Counted from the stretch's first letter, positions 1-8,993 are shown. The stretch is 32,000 bases of DNA from Ruminococcus albus 7 = DSM 20455 (GCF_000179635.2 NC_014833.1:150001-182000); one strand, 5' to 3'. Numbers and translations: made by a program. The notes: generated by a model from the sequence alone, not told the origin.

Positions 1-263
1 ATTGTACCAAAAAAAACAGAAATAATCAACACTTGTAAACGATTAGAGGACATATAATTTTGTGAACTTTCTGTAAACGAAGGGATAGACGCCCAAAAAG
101 GGACTTTTCGGGGGTTAACGGGTTGTCATATTTATTACGGCTTTATTACAGTTGAGAACTGACGGCAATTTGACGGAGAACGTTTGAAGTACGTCTTTTG
201 GGACAGACTGTGTAACCGAATGATTACACTGCGGTTACATTAAAGGGAGAAAAAAAGGACGAA

Positions 264-353
264 TGTTGAAATGCTGAAAAGTTTTCAACAATCAAAAAGC
301 GAAAATCAAGTTTTTACACCCTCTTTTCAACAGTTTCAACAGAGTTTTCAACA
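264..353. repeat. Cluster of TTTCAACA octamers (iteron- or operator-like)
   Basis: Direct copies at 283-290, 325-332, 334-341 and 346-353, plus an inverted copy TGTTGAAA at 264-271. All lie within 90 bp of non-coding DNA. Confidence 0.4.
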
Positions 354-586
354 ATTTTGAAGATGAGAATGTTGGATAAAAAGCTGTCCAAAAAAGTTCT
401 TGTTACCGTTTTTTAACTGTTTGTAACTTAATAATGGAAAGTTAATACAGTATCGGAAGGTTAAGCTGATATTTCCCGAAATACAGGGAAAGGGCGAAAA
501 TCATGGTTATAGTTGGTATAGTTGGGTAAACAAAAAGAGCTGATCATTCTTGTGAAAAATGTCTAACGAAAATACTTAACAAGATG

Positions 587-615
587 TTTACAAATAGGCG
601 AAAATATGTTATAAT
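587..615 (+). promoter_or_regulatory. SigA-type promoter upstream of the PRTase-like gene
   Basis: TTTACA (587-592), 17-nt spacer, TGtTATAAT (607-615, extended -10). This leaves a leader of about 90 nt before ATG 712. Confidence 0.5.
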
Positions 616-711
616 ATAAACAGCGGAAACCGAAATGCCGCATTTAATTGCATACCACAGGGTATGATATAAAGTATATTCATGCCCTGTTGTCTAAAAG
701 GAGGATTAACA

Positions 712-1341
712 ATGGAAGAACGTTTGCAGACTATACAGTCGGTAAAAAACAAAAAGGTGCAGATAGGCATAATACCCGGACACTATGCCACTAACCATTC
801 GCACGTTAATTATTATGTTGATATGACATCAATAAAGACAAGCCTGAAGATGGCTAAGGAAGCGGCACATGAGCTGGGCAGCACTTATGCCAACACAAAT
901 ATCGAAACGATAATATGTCTTGAAGGAACAGAGATTCTCGGCGGTTTTCTTGCAGACTATCTTTCACAGGCAGGCATAAACAAGGGTGAGGATATAAACC
1001 TTATCACGCCTGAGCTTAATGCAGTGAATCAGATGATATTCCGTGACAACACCCAGAAGAAGATATGGGGCAAGCAGGTACTTCTGCTGATATCCAGTGC
1101 TTCAACAGGAAAGAGTATCAGACGTGCTGTTGATTGTCTGCAGTATTACAGCGGAAAGCTGACAGCTGTAGGAGCTATATTCTCGGCTATCGACAAGTTC
1201 GATGATATACCTGTACACGCACTGTTCACCGCAGAAGACCTTCCGCATTACGAGAACTATCTTGCTAACGACTGTCCTATGTGTAAGAACGGTCAGAAGG
1301 TAGATGCACTGATAAACAGTTTTGGTTATTCAAAGCTGTAA
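712..1341 (+). CDS. Phosphoribosyltransferase-fold protein (PRTase-like, function unknown)
   Basis: Track ORF is 682..1341. The preferred start is ATG 712 (MEERLQ...), 7 nt after AAAGGAGGA. VLLLISSASTGKS resembles the PRPP-binding loop of type I PRTases but lacks the usual acidic pair. A C-terminal CPMC motif is present. Confidence 0.55.
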   Translation: MEERLQTIQSVKNKKVQIGIIPGHYATNHSHVNYYVDMTSIKTSLKMAKEAAHELGSTYANTNIETIICLEGTEILGGFLADYLSQAGINKGEDINLITPELNAVNQMIFRDNTQKKIWGKQVLLLISSASTGKSIRRAVDCLQYYSGKLTAVGAIFSAIDKFDDIPVHALFTAEDLPHYENYLANDCPMCKNGQKVDALINSFGYSKL

Positions 1342-1353
1342 TGAACGATATTT

Positions 1354-1385
1354 CCCCCGGATGCTGCCGTATCCGGGGGATTTTT
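1354..1385 (+). terminator. Rho-independent terminator
   Basis: 9-bp perfect stem CCCCCGGAT (1354-1362) / ATCCGGGGG (1371-1379), followed by TTTTT (1381-1385). Confidence 0.75.
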
Positions 1386-1483
1386 CTGATACAAAAATCA
1401 TGTCATAAATTTCCTGTAATAACAACGCGGCAATAGCATACAATATAATCGCAAGCCCGAATAAAACAAAAGGAGAAACGATA

Positions 1484-1672
1484 ATGAAAGGTGTAACAAC
1501 TCAGCAGGGCAGAGATACTCTCAACAAGTTCAAGATGGAGGCAGCAAATGAAGTTGGTGTCAACATCAAGCAGGGTTACAATGGTGACCTGACTTCAAGA
1601 GAGGCAGGCTCCGTTGGCGGCCAGATGGTCAAGAAGATGATCGATGCTTACAAGACAGGCAGCAAGCAGTAA
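1484..1672 (+). CDS. Alpha/beta-type small acid-soluble spore protein (SASP)
   Basis: 62 aa. The blocks KFKMEAANEVGV and GDLTSREAGSVGGQMVKKMI match the two conserved DNA-binding blocks of alpha/beta SASPs. An AAAGGAGAA RBS lies upstream. Confidence 0.9.
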   Translation: MKGVTTQQGRDTLNKFKMEAANEVGVNIKQGYNGDLTSREAGSVGGQMVKKMIDAYKTGSKQ

Positions 1673-1727
1673 GATCTGCTCCGCCCGACGCGGGCGGGTA
1701 CATAAAGCCGCGCAATTCATTACACAA

Positions 1728-1770
1728 CAAAAACGGATAGCCGCCAGATAATGACGGTCTATCCGTTTTT
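1728..1770. terminator. Bidirectional terminator between convergent genes
   Basis: Stem CGGATAG (1734-1740) / CTATCCG (1759-1765), flanked by an A-run on the left and TTTTT (1766-1770) on the right. It sits between the SASP gene (+) and the LRR gene (-). Confidence 0.65.
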
Positions 1771-1798
1771 CGTGTATGTAATCAGATCAGTGTGACTA

Positions 1799-4039
1799 TC
1801 ACTTTATAGTAACAGTCACTGCATTTTTGATAGCGTTTGTAGTATCCCATTTGCCGTTAACTCTTGCGGCGATAGCTACTTTGTAGGTCTTGCCGGGGGT
1901 GAGATTTTTAGGAGAAGTGTAGGTGGTTCCGGTGATATCATGCTTCTGAACTCTCCACTTTCCTGCCAGATAAACAGCTATTCCGTAACTGTCAGCGTTT
2001 TCAACTTTGTCCCATGTGAATCTTGCCTGGTGGAATTCCTCACTGTATTCTACCTTGATGTTGGTGGGATAGGTGGGCTTTGTTTCTTCTTCGATAGACA
2101 AGCGCTTGTAGGTGTTCTTGCCGTTGTTTTCGATCACTGCAAAATCGCCGTTGCCGCTGATAACATTTGTGGTTTTATTTGCGTTTACCCATCTTTCGCC
2201 GTTGGGAAGTTTTGCGTCAGCTTTTATGTTCTTGAAATTTTCACCCAGAGAAATGTTTTTTAGCTCAGTACAATTATCGAACATACTGATCATATTTGTG
2301 ACCTTGGAAGTATCAAATCCGCTCAGATCAAGATCTGTCAGACCGGTACAGTCACTGAACATTAATTTCATTTCCGTGACTTTGCTTGTATCAAAATTGC
2401 TCAGATCAAGTTCGGTCAGGTTGGAACAGCCTTTGAACATACTGTGGATCTCTTTGAGGTTTCTTGTATCAAAGTTGCTTAAATCAAGTTTAGCAAGATT
2501 CTTACATTCAAAGAACATCCATCTCATATCATTAACGTTGCTGGTATCAAATCCACTCAGATCAAGATCAGTCAGGGCTTCACAGTTCCTGAACATTCCT
2601 GTCAAATGAGTAACTTTGCTTGTATCAAAATTGCTTAGATCAAGTGTTTTCAGATTAGAACAACCCTCAAACATATAAGGCATAAATGTTACATTGCTTG
2701 TATCAAAGTTGCTTAAATCAAGTGTGGTAAGAGCAGAACAGTTTTTGAACATACTTTCAGTTTTTTTAACCTTGCTTGTATCAAAGCTGCTTATATCAAG
2801 TGTGCTTAGTTTAGAACAATCGTCAAACATATAAGATATATATGTTACATTGCTTGTATCAAAGTTGCTTAGATCAAGTGTGGTCAATTCGGAACAGCCG
2901 CCGAACATACTACCCATATAAGTTACTTTGCTTGTATTAAATCCGCTAACATCAAGCTTGGTCAGGCTTCTGCATCCGCCGAACATAGCGCTCATATCAG
3001 TAACATTGTTTGTATCAAAGCTGCTTATATCAAGTGAGGTCAATCCGGAACAGCCATGGAACATACTAACCAAACTAGTGACTTTGCTTGTATCAAAACC
3101 GCTCACGTCCAGCTCAGTCAAACTTTCACAACCGATAAACATACCCTTAATATTTGTGACATTGCTCGTATCAAATTTACTAACATCAATTGAGGTCAAA
3201 GCACAACAGTTGGAAAACATATTATTGATATTTGTGACCTTGCTCGTATCAAAACCGCTTACATTAACTTCGGGTAGGATTAAACACAAATGGAACATAT
3301 AGCTCATATCAGTAACATTGCTTGTATCAAAATTGCTTACATTAACTTCGGTCAGGATAAAACAGCCACCGAACATATAGCTCATATCAGTAACATTGCT
3401 TGTATCAAAATTGCTTACATCAATAGAAGACAACTTTTTACAATAATAGAACATTTCTGACATATTCGTTACTGCGCTTGTATCAAAATTACTTACATCA
3501 ACTGCAGACAAATTATTACAATTACTGAACATCCCTGACATATCTGTTACTTTACTTGTATCAAAGCCGCTTACATCAACTGTGTTCATGGCAAGACAGT
3601 TGATGAACATTTTACTCATATTTGTAACTTTGCTTGTATCAATTCCGGCAACATCAATTGCAGACAGCTTTTTACAGTCACTGAACATTTCACTCATATC
3701 TGTTACTTTGCTTGTATCCGCATTTGAAATGTCGATAGAAACACAATTGTCAAAATTATAAAACAGCTTGCTGCTATCTTCGGGAAAAACTGTACCATTT
3801 TCAGCCATAATGAATTTTACATATGCTTTGAAATAATCGCTTAATCCCCTTAATTCATCACCGTTCACATTGCCCTTTAATGTAAGCACACCTGTTGATG
3901 CATCGAATGAATAAAAGCTGCCATCGAACGAAGCAGCCTGTGCAGCAATTCCCTGCGAGATAACAGGCGCACCATAGCTGGCAACACCTGCTGCCATACA
4001 TAGAGACATTACTACCGCTAAAACTTTTTTTATCTGCAT
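1799..4039 (-). CDS. DUF285/BspA-type leucine-rich-repeat surface protein with C-terminal fibronectin-III-like domain
   Basis: Track ORF is 1799..4135. The start is moved to ATG 4039 (MQIKKVLAVVMSLCMAAG..., a signal peptide) with GGAGGA 8 nt upstream. About 19 tandem ~25-aa units carry the signature FDTS(K/N)VT.M..MF..C..L. The C-terminal ~90 aa (NIKVEYSEEFHQARFTWDKV...GKTYKVAIAA) look Fn3-like. Confidence 0.85.
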   Translation of the reverse strand: MQIKKVLAVVMSLCMAAGVASYGAPVISQGIAAQAASFDGSFYSFDASTGVLTLKGNVNGDELRGLSDYFKAYVKFIMAENGTVFPEDSSKLFYNFDNCVSIDISNADTSKVTDMSEMFSDCKKLSAIDVAGIDTSKVTNMSKMFINCLAMNTVDVSGFDTSKVTDMSGMFSNCNNLSAVDVSNFDTSAVTNMSEMFYYCKKLSSIDVSNFDTSNVTDMSYMFGGCFILTEVNVSNFDTSNVTDMSYMFHLCLILPEVNVSGFDTSKVTNINNMFSNCCALTSIDVSKFDTSNVTNIKGMFIGCESLTELDVSGFDTSKVTSLVSMFHGCSGLTSLDISSFDTNNVTDMSAMFGGCRSLTKLDVSGFNTSKVTYMGSMFGGCSELTTLDLSNFDTSNVTYISYMFDDCSKLSTLDISSFDTSKVKKTESMFKNCSALTTLDLSNFDTSNVTFMPYMFEGCSNLKTLDLSNFDTSKVTHLTGMFRNCEALTDLDLSGFDTSNVNDMRWMFFECKNLAKLDLSNFDTRNLKEIHSMFKGCSNLTELDLSNFDTSKVTEMKLMFSDCTGLTDLDLSGFDTSKVTNMISMFDNCTELKNISLGENFKNIKADAKLPNGERWVNANKTTNVISGNGDFAVIENNGKNTYKRLSIEEETKPTYPTNIKVEYSEEFHQARFTWDKVENADSYGIAVYLAGKWRVQKHDITGTTYTSPKNLTPGKTYKVAIAARVNGKWDTTNAIKNAVTVTIK

Positions 4040-4067
4040 TATTATTTCCTCCCAAATATTTACAAAC

Positions 4068-4084
4068 GTAAGCGTATAACCCCC
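4068..4084. repeat. IS66 terminal inverted repeat (tnpC-distal end)
   Basis: GTAAGCGTATAACCCCC is the exact reverse complement of 7055-7071. Confidence 0.85.
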
Positions 4085-4131
4085 CGCATCATAAAAGCAA
4101 ACAGCCGGGCAGATAACACCCGGCCGTAACA

Positions 4132-4671
4132 TCATATTCTGGCTTTGATTTCTCCATTTCTCTTTGCGTCCATGTATATTTCTTTGAAATCAGCTTTGCT
4201 GTTCGGACCGAATATGATCGGCATAACAGATACCAGGCCATCGGAAATGATCGCATTTTTAAATGGCAGAAGCGCTGCATCAAGCAAAGTTGGCATCGGT
4301 GCATTTCTCAGCATTTCCTCCCAACTGCTGACAATGCCGTTTACAAGAAAAACAGAATTGTCATCGATCGATATAAATACCGATCCCTTTTTCCAATGTC
4401 GCTCAATGATAAATCTGCCGGTGATGCACCCTTTCCAGCTTTTAAGTATCTCCATGTGTTCTTCGGGCAGATCCGATCGCTCAAGATAATCATCAATGAT
4501 CCATGTCCGTTCCCATAAAAAGTGGGCAACCTCCGCAGCGTCCTGTGGGTCGATCATTCCTTGCCCGAAATAATCTTCCTCAGGAAGTATATGATATTCT
4601 CTGTTCACATAGTCAAGCAGTGGAAAAAACAGTTCATAAAACAGCTTTGCATCTTCATTACTAAGTTTCAT
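4132..4671 (-). CDS. Hypothetical protein, fourth ORF carried inside the IS66 element
   Basis: 179-aa ORF lying between the tnpC stop (4661) and the IS end. Its start overlaps the tnpC 3' end by 11 nt. I recognise no family motif. Confidence 0.5.
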   Translation of the reverse strand: MKLSNEDAKLFYELFFPLLDYVNREYHILPEEDYFGQGMIDPQDAAEVAHFLWERTWIIDDYLERSDLPEEHMEILKSWKGCITGRFIIERHWKKGSVFISIDDNSVFLVNGIVSSWEEMLRNAPMPTLLDAALLPFKNAIISDGLVSVMPIIFGPNSKADFKEIYMDAKRNGEIKARI

Positions 4672-6170
4672 TTTCTTCCCTCCATGGTAATAATATCGTC
4701 CCCGCAGGCTGTGAAAACAGCTCGGTCAGGTATTTCTCAGCATCAACACCGTTCGCCTGTGCAGTTGAAATGATCGAATACAGCGTTGCACTTGATCTGG
4801 CTCCGTTTGCTGTATTTGAAAACAGCCAATTTTTTCGGCCTAACGCAAACGGTCTTATTGCGTTTTCGGCTCTGTTGTTGTCGATAGGCACGTCTCCGTT
4901 TTCAAGAAACGTGTAAAGATATTTCCGTTCATTCAACGCATATCTTACTGCATCTGTCAGCTTGCCCTTACCACTGACCTGAACATTTTCAAGCCACGCA
5001 AAAAACTCGTCAAGCAAAGGCTTTACCTTCACAAGGCGCTGTTTATATCTGTATTCTGTGGAGCTGTCGGCAAGCAGATTTTCTTCGTGATATATCTTGT
5101 TGAAATATTCTACTGCCTTTGCCGCAACAGAAGTGCTGTGCAGCTTTTGGTCGTTCGGAAGAGCCTGAATAAAACCACGCCTTGCATGAGTCATACAGCC
5201 GCATCGCTTAGCACCCTCGACTGCATTGTAGGCATCGTATCCGTCACAGATAAGATAGCCGATAAATCCTTTCAGGAAATTCGAGGCGTGCTCACCCTTT
5301 CGTGTCGGCTGATAATCGAAAATGATGATGCTCCTGTCATTCATTTTGCCGTTGCAGTAGACCCACATTCTTGATGTCGTGGTAGGCTTTCGGCCTTCCT
5401 CGTGAAGCACCTGAACGGTCGTTTCATCGGCATGGATCATCTGCCCTGCGATAAGCGTCTCATGCATTTTCTCCACAATCGGCAAACACCATTTTCGGCA
5501 GCAGTGCCTACCCAATTAGACATAGTCGCTTTGAGCAGAGGTATGTTTTTGGAATTAAAGTCCTTTTCCTGACGGTGCAGAGGTACTGACTTTGCATATT
5601 TTTCGTAGATGATATGAGCCAGAAGTTCGGGAGAGCAATAGCTTCCCGGGATCATAGCGTGAGGATATGGCGCACGGATGATATGACAAGGTTCGTCCCT
5701 TTCTTCGGGCTTTTCTCCGCACTCGGGACACTTGTACTTATGTACTATATGCCTGCGGATATGATATTTTGGCGGCGTAAATATAAGTTCATCGTAAGCC
5801 TTTTCGGGAGTCAGTTCTTCCATTTCGGCGCCGCATATTTCGCATACCGGGTTGTCAATTTTGTGATGTTCTTCTTTTACAGGCAGATTGTTCATCCATT
5901 CATCGTGAGTGCGTTTTTCTTGCGCTTGTGTTCGGGAACAGTAATTGTTTCGGCAGATTTAGCTGCGGATTTTTCTTCATTGTTTCCGAACATGGAAAGC
6001 TGAACACCGAACTCCTTTTCCATAACAACAGATGTCTGCTCTGTTTTTCTTCCGAATATCTGCTTTCTGAACCACGCTAACTGCTGATTGGCAAGTGCTA
6101 GTTCTTCCTTGAGAACAGCGTTTTCATTACGGAGCGATACAATTTCCGATGTCATATTTGGTTCGGACAT
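4661..6170 (-). pseudogene. tnpC: IS66 transposase TnpC, split into three ORFs by two frameshifts
   Basis: Three pieces together span a transposase of about 500 aa. Piece 5892..6170 has the N-terminal leucine zipper (LRNENAVLKEELALANQQLAWFRKQIFGRKTEQ). Piece 5437..5895 has the Zn-finger (CEICGAEM...KCPECGEK). Piece 4661..5515 has the DDE core (IHADETTVQVL). The frame changes coincide with homopolymers T5 (5914-5918) and T4 (5492-5495). Confidence 0.8.
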
Positions 6171-6262
6171 AAAGCACCCCTCCGTTCGTGATGATACTTT
6201 AATGATACCACGAAAAGAGGGGCTTTTCAAGCACATATTCTGAATATTCGGTAAGTATTGCC

Positions 6263-6619
6263 TTAATACAGCGCCCCCGGCTTTCCCTCACGGATAGCCT
6301 TCGGCTGCTCTATTTTCAAGCCTTCCAGAAGCCAGCGAATTTGCTGAGATGTGAGCATTACTGCTTCGGTCTCACTGCGCGGCCACTGGAATCTTCCGTT
6401 GTCAAGGCGCTTGTACAACAGCAGAAAACCATCGCCCTCCCACAGCAGACCTTTGATGCGGTCACAACGTCTGCCGCAGAACAAAAACAATGCTTTCGAG
6501 AACGGGTCAAGTCGAAGCTGAGCCTGAACGATAGTCGCAAGTCCGTCTATCCCGCGTCGAAGGTCGGTGTATCCCGTAACAAGATAGACCTGTGCGTCCG
6601 CTGCCAGATCATTCAGCAT
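6263..6619 (-). CDS. tnpB: IS66 accessory protein TnpB (Orf2)
   Basis: 118 aa. VYLVTGYTDLRRGIDGLATIV...LFLFCGRRCDRIKGLLWEGDGF..LYKRL is the hallmark IS66 Orf2 pattern. Confidence 0.9.
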   Translation of the reverse strand: MLNDLAADAQVYLVTGYTDLRRGIDGLATIVQAQLRLDPFSKALFLFCGRRCDRIKGLLWEGDGFLLLYKRLDNGRFQWPRSETEAVMLTSQQIRWLLEGLKIEQPKAIREGKPGALY

Positions 6620-6930
6620 AGCTCATGCACCAAAGCGGTCAGAGTGTCCGCAGATATATCTGCCGGAAGAGATATTTGAAGTCCGTTTTTCTCAATGCGG
6701 ATATTTTCGTTTGAGCAAGGAACTGATACAGGAACGATGGTCGGAGAATTTTCGATATACTTTTCACGAACTTTTCTTAGGCGGTTGTAATACGTGTTTG
6801 GCTTGATCCCTTTTTCTTTGCACCATTCCCGGATCGTCAGACCGCTTGCCTGCTGTGCTTTGATCTGCGCAGACCATTCCTGAAGCTGCATTTCTTTTTT
6901 GATTGTTGTGATGGATGTTGTTTTGTCCAT
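6613..6930 (-). CDS. tnpA: IS66 Orf1 (TnpA, helix-turn-helix protein)
   Basis: Track ORF is 6613..6978. The preferred start is ATG 6930 (MDKTTS...), preceded by AAGGAGG. It overlaps the tnpB start, as is usual for IS66 operons. Confidence 0.75.
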   Translation of the reverse strand: MDKTTSITTIKKEMQLQEWSAQIKAQQASGLTIREWCKEKGIKPNTYYNRLRKVREKYIENSPTIVPVSVPCSNENIRIEKNGLQISLPADISADTLTALVHELC

Positions 6931-7030
6931 ACCTGTTACCTCCTTGTCTAATCGTCTCCAATGAACTCCATGGATCAATTTGGATTATTCAATTTACTTC
7001 ATGGTGTTCCTTGGAGTTTATTATACTTTA

Positions 7031-8302
7031 TTAGACTTCGGTGGGGTAGGTGCTGGGGGTTATACGCTTACGGTTATATTCTTGGCTGTATTCAACTTTG
7101 ATGTTGGTAGGATAGGTGGGAGTATAGGTTATATAGGTATTCTTCCCGTTATTCTTGATAACTGCAAATTTTTCGTCACCGCTTACTATTCTTGTAGGAG
7201 CTTTCATATTTACCCAGACTTTGCTGTTGGGAAGTTGTGCTTTTTTGAGAACATTTTTGAAATTCTCACCAAGAGTAAGGGACTCCAGTTTATTACAAGA
7301 ACTGAACATACAACTAGAACTGGACAAATCAGACTTTTCTGTAACCTTGCTTGTATCAAAACCACTTAAATCAAGTGATGTCAATTCACCGCAGCCATAA
7401 AACATATAACTGATATCTCTAACATTGCTTGTATCAAAAGAGCTTAAATCCAGTGTGGTTAGTTTGAAACAATCACCAAACATATGATACATATCTTTAA
7501 CTTTACTTGTATCAAAATTGCTAAGATCAAGTGCAGTCAGGCTATGACACCAAGAAAACATATCGCTCATCTTTGTAACTTTGCTCGTATCAAATCCACT
7601 TACATCAAGCGATGTCAAGCTTTTACAGGAACTGAACATACCGTTCATATCTGTAACCCTGCTTGTATCAAATGCAGTAACATCAATTGAAGTCAATTTG
7701 AAACAGCCACCAAACATACTACTCATATCTGTAACTCTGCTTGTATCAAATTTGCTTACATCAAGTGATATCAATTCGTTACAGCCATCGAACATATCTC
7801 TCATATCTGTAACTGCGCTTGTATCAAATCCGCTTACATCAAGCGATGTCAAACTTTTACAGTAACAGAACATCTCGTCCATATATGTAACTTTACTTGT
7901 ATCAAATCCACTTACATTGAGCGATTTAAGCTTGCAACAGTTATCGAACATTCTGCTCATATTTGTAACATTGCTTGTATCCGCATTTGAAAGATCGATA
8001 GAAGAACAATTTGTATAATTACGAAAAAGAAGGCTGCTGTCTTTAGGAAGAACTGTACCTTTTTCAGCTATGACAGATTTAACACGATAGCCATACTTAT
8101 TGTTAAATTTACGCAAAGTAGCACCATCAACCGTATCGCTAAGCGTAAGCGTACCTGTTGTTTGGTTAAATGAAAAACCGTTTGTTGCTGAATCAGCTGC
8201 CTGCGCAGTTATGCTCTGTGTGATAACAGGTGCTCCATAGCTGACAGTTCCTGCCACCATACAAAGTGACATCACTACTGCTAAAATTTTTTTTAACTTC
8301 AT
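7031..8302 (-). CDS. DUF285/BspA-type LRR surface protein, 3'-truncated by the IS66 element
   Basis: The signal peptide MKLKKILAVVMSLCMVAGTVSYGAPV is nearly identical to that of the 1799..4039 paralogue. There are about 9 FDTS.VT.M..MF units. Native sequence ends at 7072 (...PTYPTNIKVEYSQEYN). The last 13 codons and the stop codon are read from the IS inverted repeat. Confidence 0.8.
   Translation of the reverse strand: MKLKKILAVVMSLCMVAGTVSYGAPVITQSITAQAADSATNGFSFNQTTGTLTLSDTVDGATLRKFNNKYGYRVKSVIAEKGTVLPKDSSLLFRNYTNCSSIDLSNADTSNVTNMSRMFDNCCKLKSLNVSGFDTSKVTYMDEMFCYCKSLTSLDVSGFDTSAVTDMRDMFDGCNELISLDVSKFDTSRVTDMSSMFGGCFKLTSIDVTAFDTSRVTDMNGMFSSCKSLTSLDVSGFDTSKVTKMSDMFSWCHSLTALDLSNFDTSKVKDMYHMFGDCFKLTTLDLSSFDTSNVRDISYMFYGCGELTSLDLSGFDTSKVTEKSDLSSSSCMFSSCNKLESLTLGENFKNVLKKAQLPNSKVWVNMKAPTRIVSGDEKFAVIKNNGKNTYITYTPTYPTNIKVEYSQEYNRKRITPSTYPTEV
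7055..7071. repeat. IS66 terminal inverted repeat (tnpA-proximal end)
   Basis: GGGGGTTATACGCTTAC is the exact reverse complement of 4068-4084. Confidence 0.85.
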
Positions 8303-8452
8303 ATTTATGTCCTCCTGAATTCTAGTGCCGAAAACGGCAATATGTCAATATTTCCTCAAATATGATAGCACAGATGATTATTCATGTCAATTACTTCAAT
8401 AAATTTTCTTGAACATTCGGCGCTTATCCATAATAAAAAATTATATAATTTT

Positions 8453-8830
8453 TTATTTTAGACAAATTATTATTCGCTCATCAGATAGATCTTTTTTCTG
8501 AGATATAAAGCTATCCGTCAGACTGTCAGTATCCGGATCATTCTTATCATAATATATTTTGATCCTCTTGCCAACGGGAAAAGCATTTTTGAACGATGTC
8601 GAACTACGACACTTCTTACAGAAATACTCACCTGTTTATGTGGTGTATTCATACCATGGGGTATAAACATATCTTGCTTTTGAAAATGCTTTATCAAGTC
8701 TGATAGCTTTTCCTGAGCAACACACTCCATTCTTTTTTATTGAAAAAAACTCTACCATTTTTATAATGCAATATATGTCTATTATTAAAAATACTATTCC
8801 AAATATCCCGAGACAAAAAGTGCCTGCCAT
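8453..8830 (-). pseudogene. DUF3592-like small membrane protein with in-frame TAA
   Basis: ATG 8830 follows GGGAG. An N-terminal TM helix is followed by ...YVYTPWYEYTT-TAA(8636-8638)-TGEYFCKKC...FPVGKRIKIYYDKNDPDT. The frame stays open to the stop at 8453-8455. The pattern spanning the stop (Y.P.Y...G.Y...G..I.I.YD..NP) looks DUF3592-like. Confidence 0.5.
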
Positions 8831-8963
8831 AATTCACACTCCCGAAAAAGCAATCTTATTTCTGAGAGAGCAAACCGCTGAAGCCAATGATATTATTAGA
8901 TTTTTTACGGATATCCGCGGTTTTATCTGCAAAAAGCTCTCGTACTTTTTGAATAGCATTAGT

Positions 8964-8993
8964 CGGATTCCCCCCCGCACACGCGGGGAGAAG
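8964..8993 (-). repeat. Solitary hairpin resembling a type I-E CRISPR repeat (not an array)
   Basis: The minus strand reads CTTCTCCCCGCGTGTGCGGGGGGGAATCCG. It has a CCCCGC/GCGGGG stem with a 4-nt loop and an AAxCCG-type 3' end, like the type I-E repeat consensus as I remember it. Only one copy is present in the window. Confidence 0.3.

Larger units (their letters stand above)
4068..7071 (-). mobile_element. IS66-family insertion sequence (3004 bp)
   Basis: Perfect 17-bp terminal inverted repeats GTAAGCGTATAACCCCC (4068-4084; reverse complement at 7055-7071) start with the IS66-typical GTAAGCG. The internal genes tnpA, tnpB, tnpC and one extra ORF are all on the minus strand. Confidence 0.85.

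Noticed and set aside
264-380. The TTTCAACA cluster as DnaA boxes of oriC.
   Set aside because: The octamer has two mismatches to TTATCCACA in every copy. No dnaA or dnaN lies nearby, and there is no AT-rich unwinding element that I can define. I kept it only as an unexplained repeat cluster.
651-689. Overlapping alternative hairpins in the leader of the PRTase-like gene (CATACC/GGTATG versus CAGGGTATG/CATGCCCTG), as a possible attenuator or riboswitch.
   Set aside because: The stems are short with one mismatch, no U-tract follows, and they resemble no riboswitch class or PyrR site I know. The evidence is insufficient.
1415-1446. A forespore SigG/SigF-type promoter upstream of the SASP gene (GTAATA ... 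CATACAATA).
   Set aside because: The spacing is plausible, but the match to the GHATR / CATxHTA consensus is imperfect. I cannot call it with confidence from sequence alone.
1940-3302. Plus-strand ORFs 1940..2263, 2112..2609 and 2928..3302, and likewise 6980..7369, 7155..7400, 7484..7690 and 7581..7865.
   Set aside because: They arise from the periodic repeat DNA of the minus-strand LRR genes. Their translations are repetitive (LLVSKLL..SS.V) mirror images without starts or RBS.
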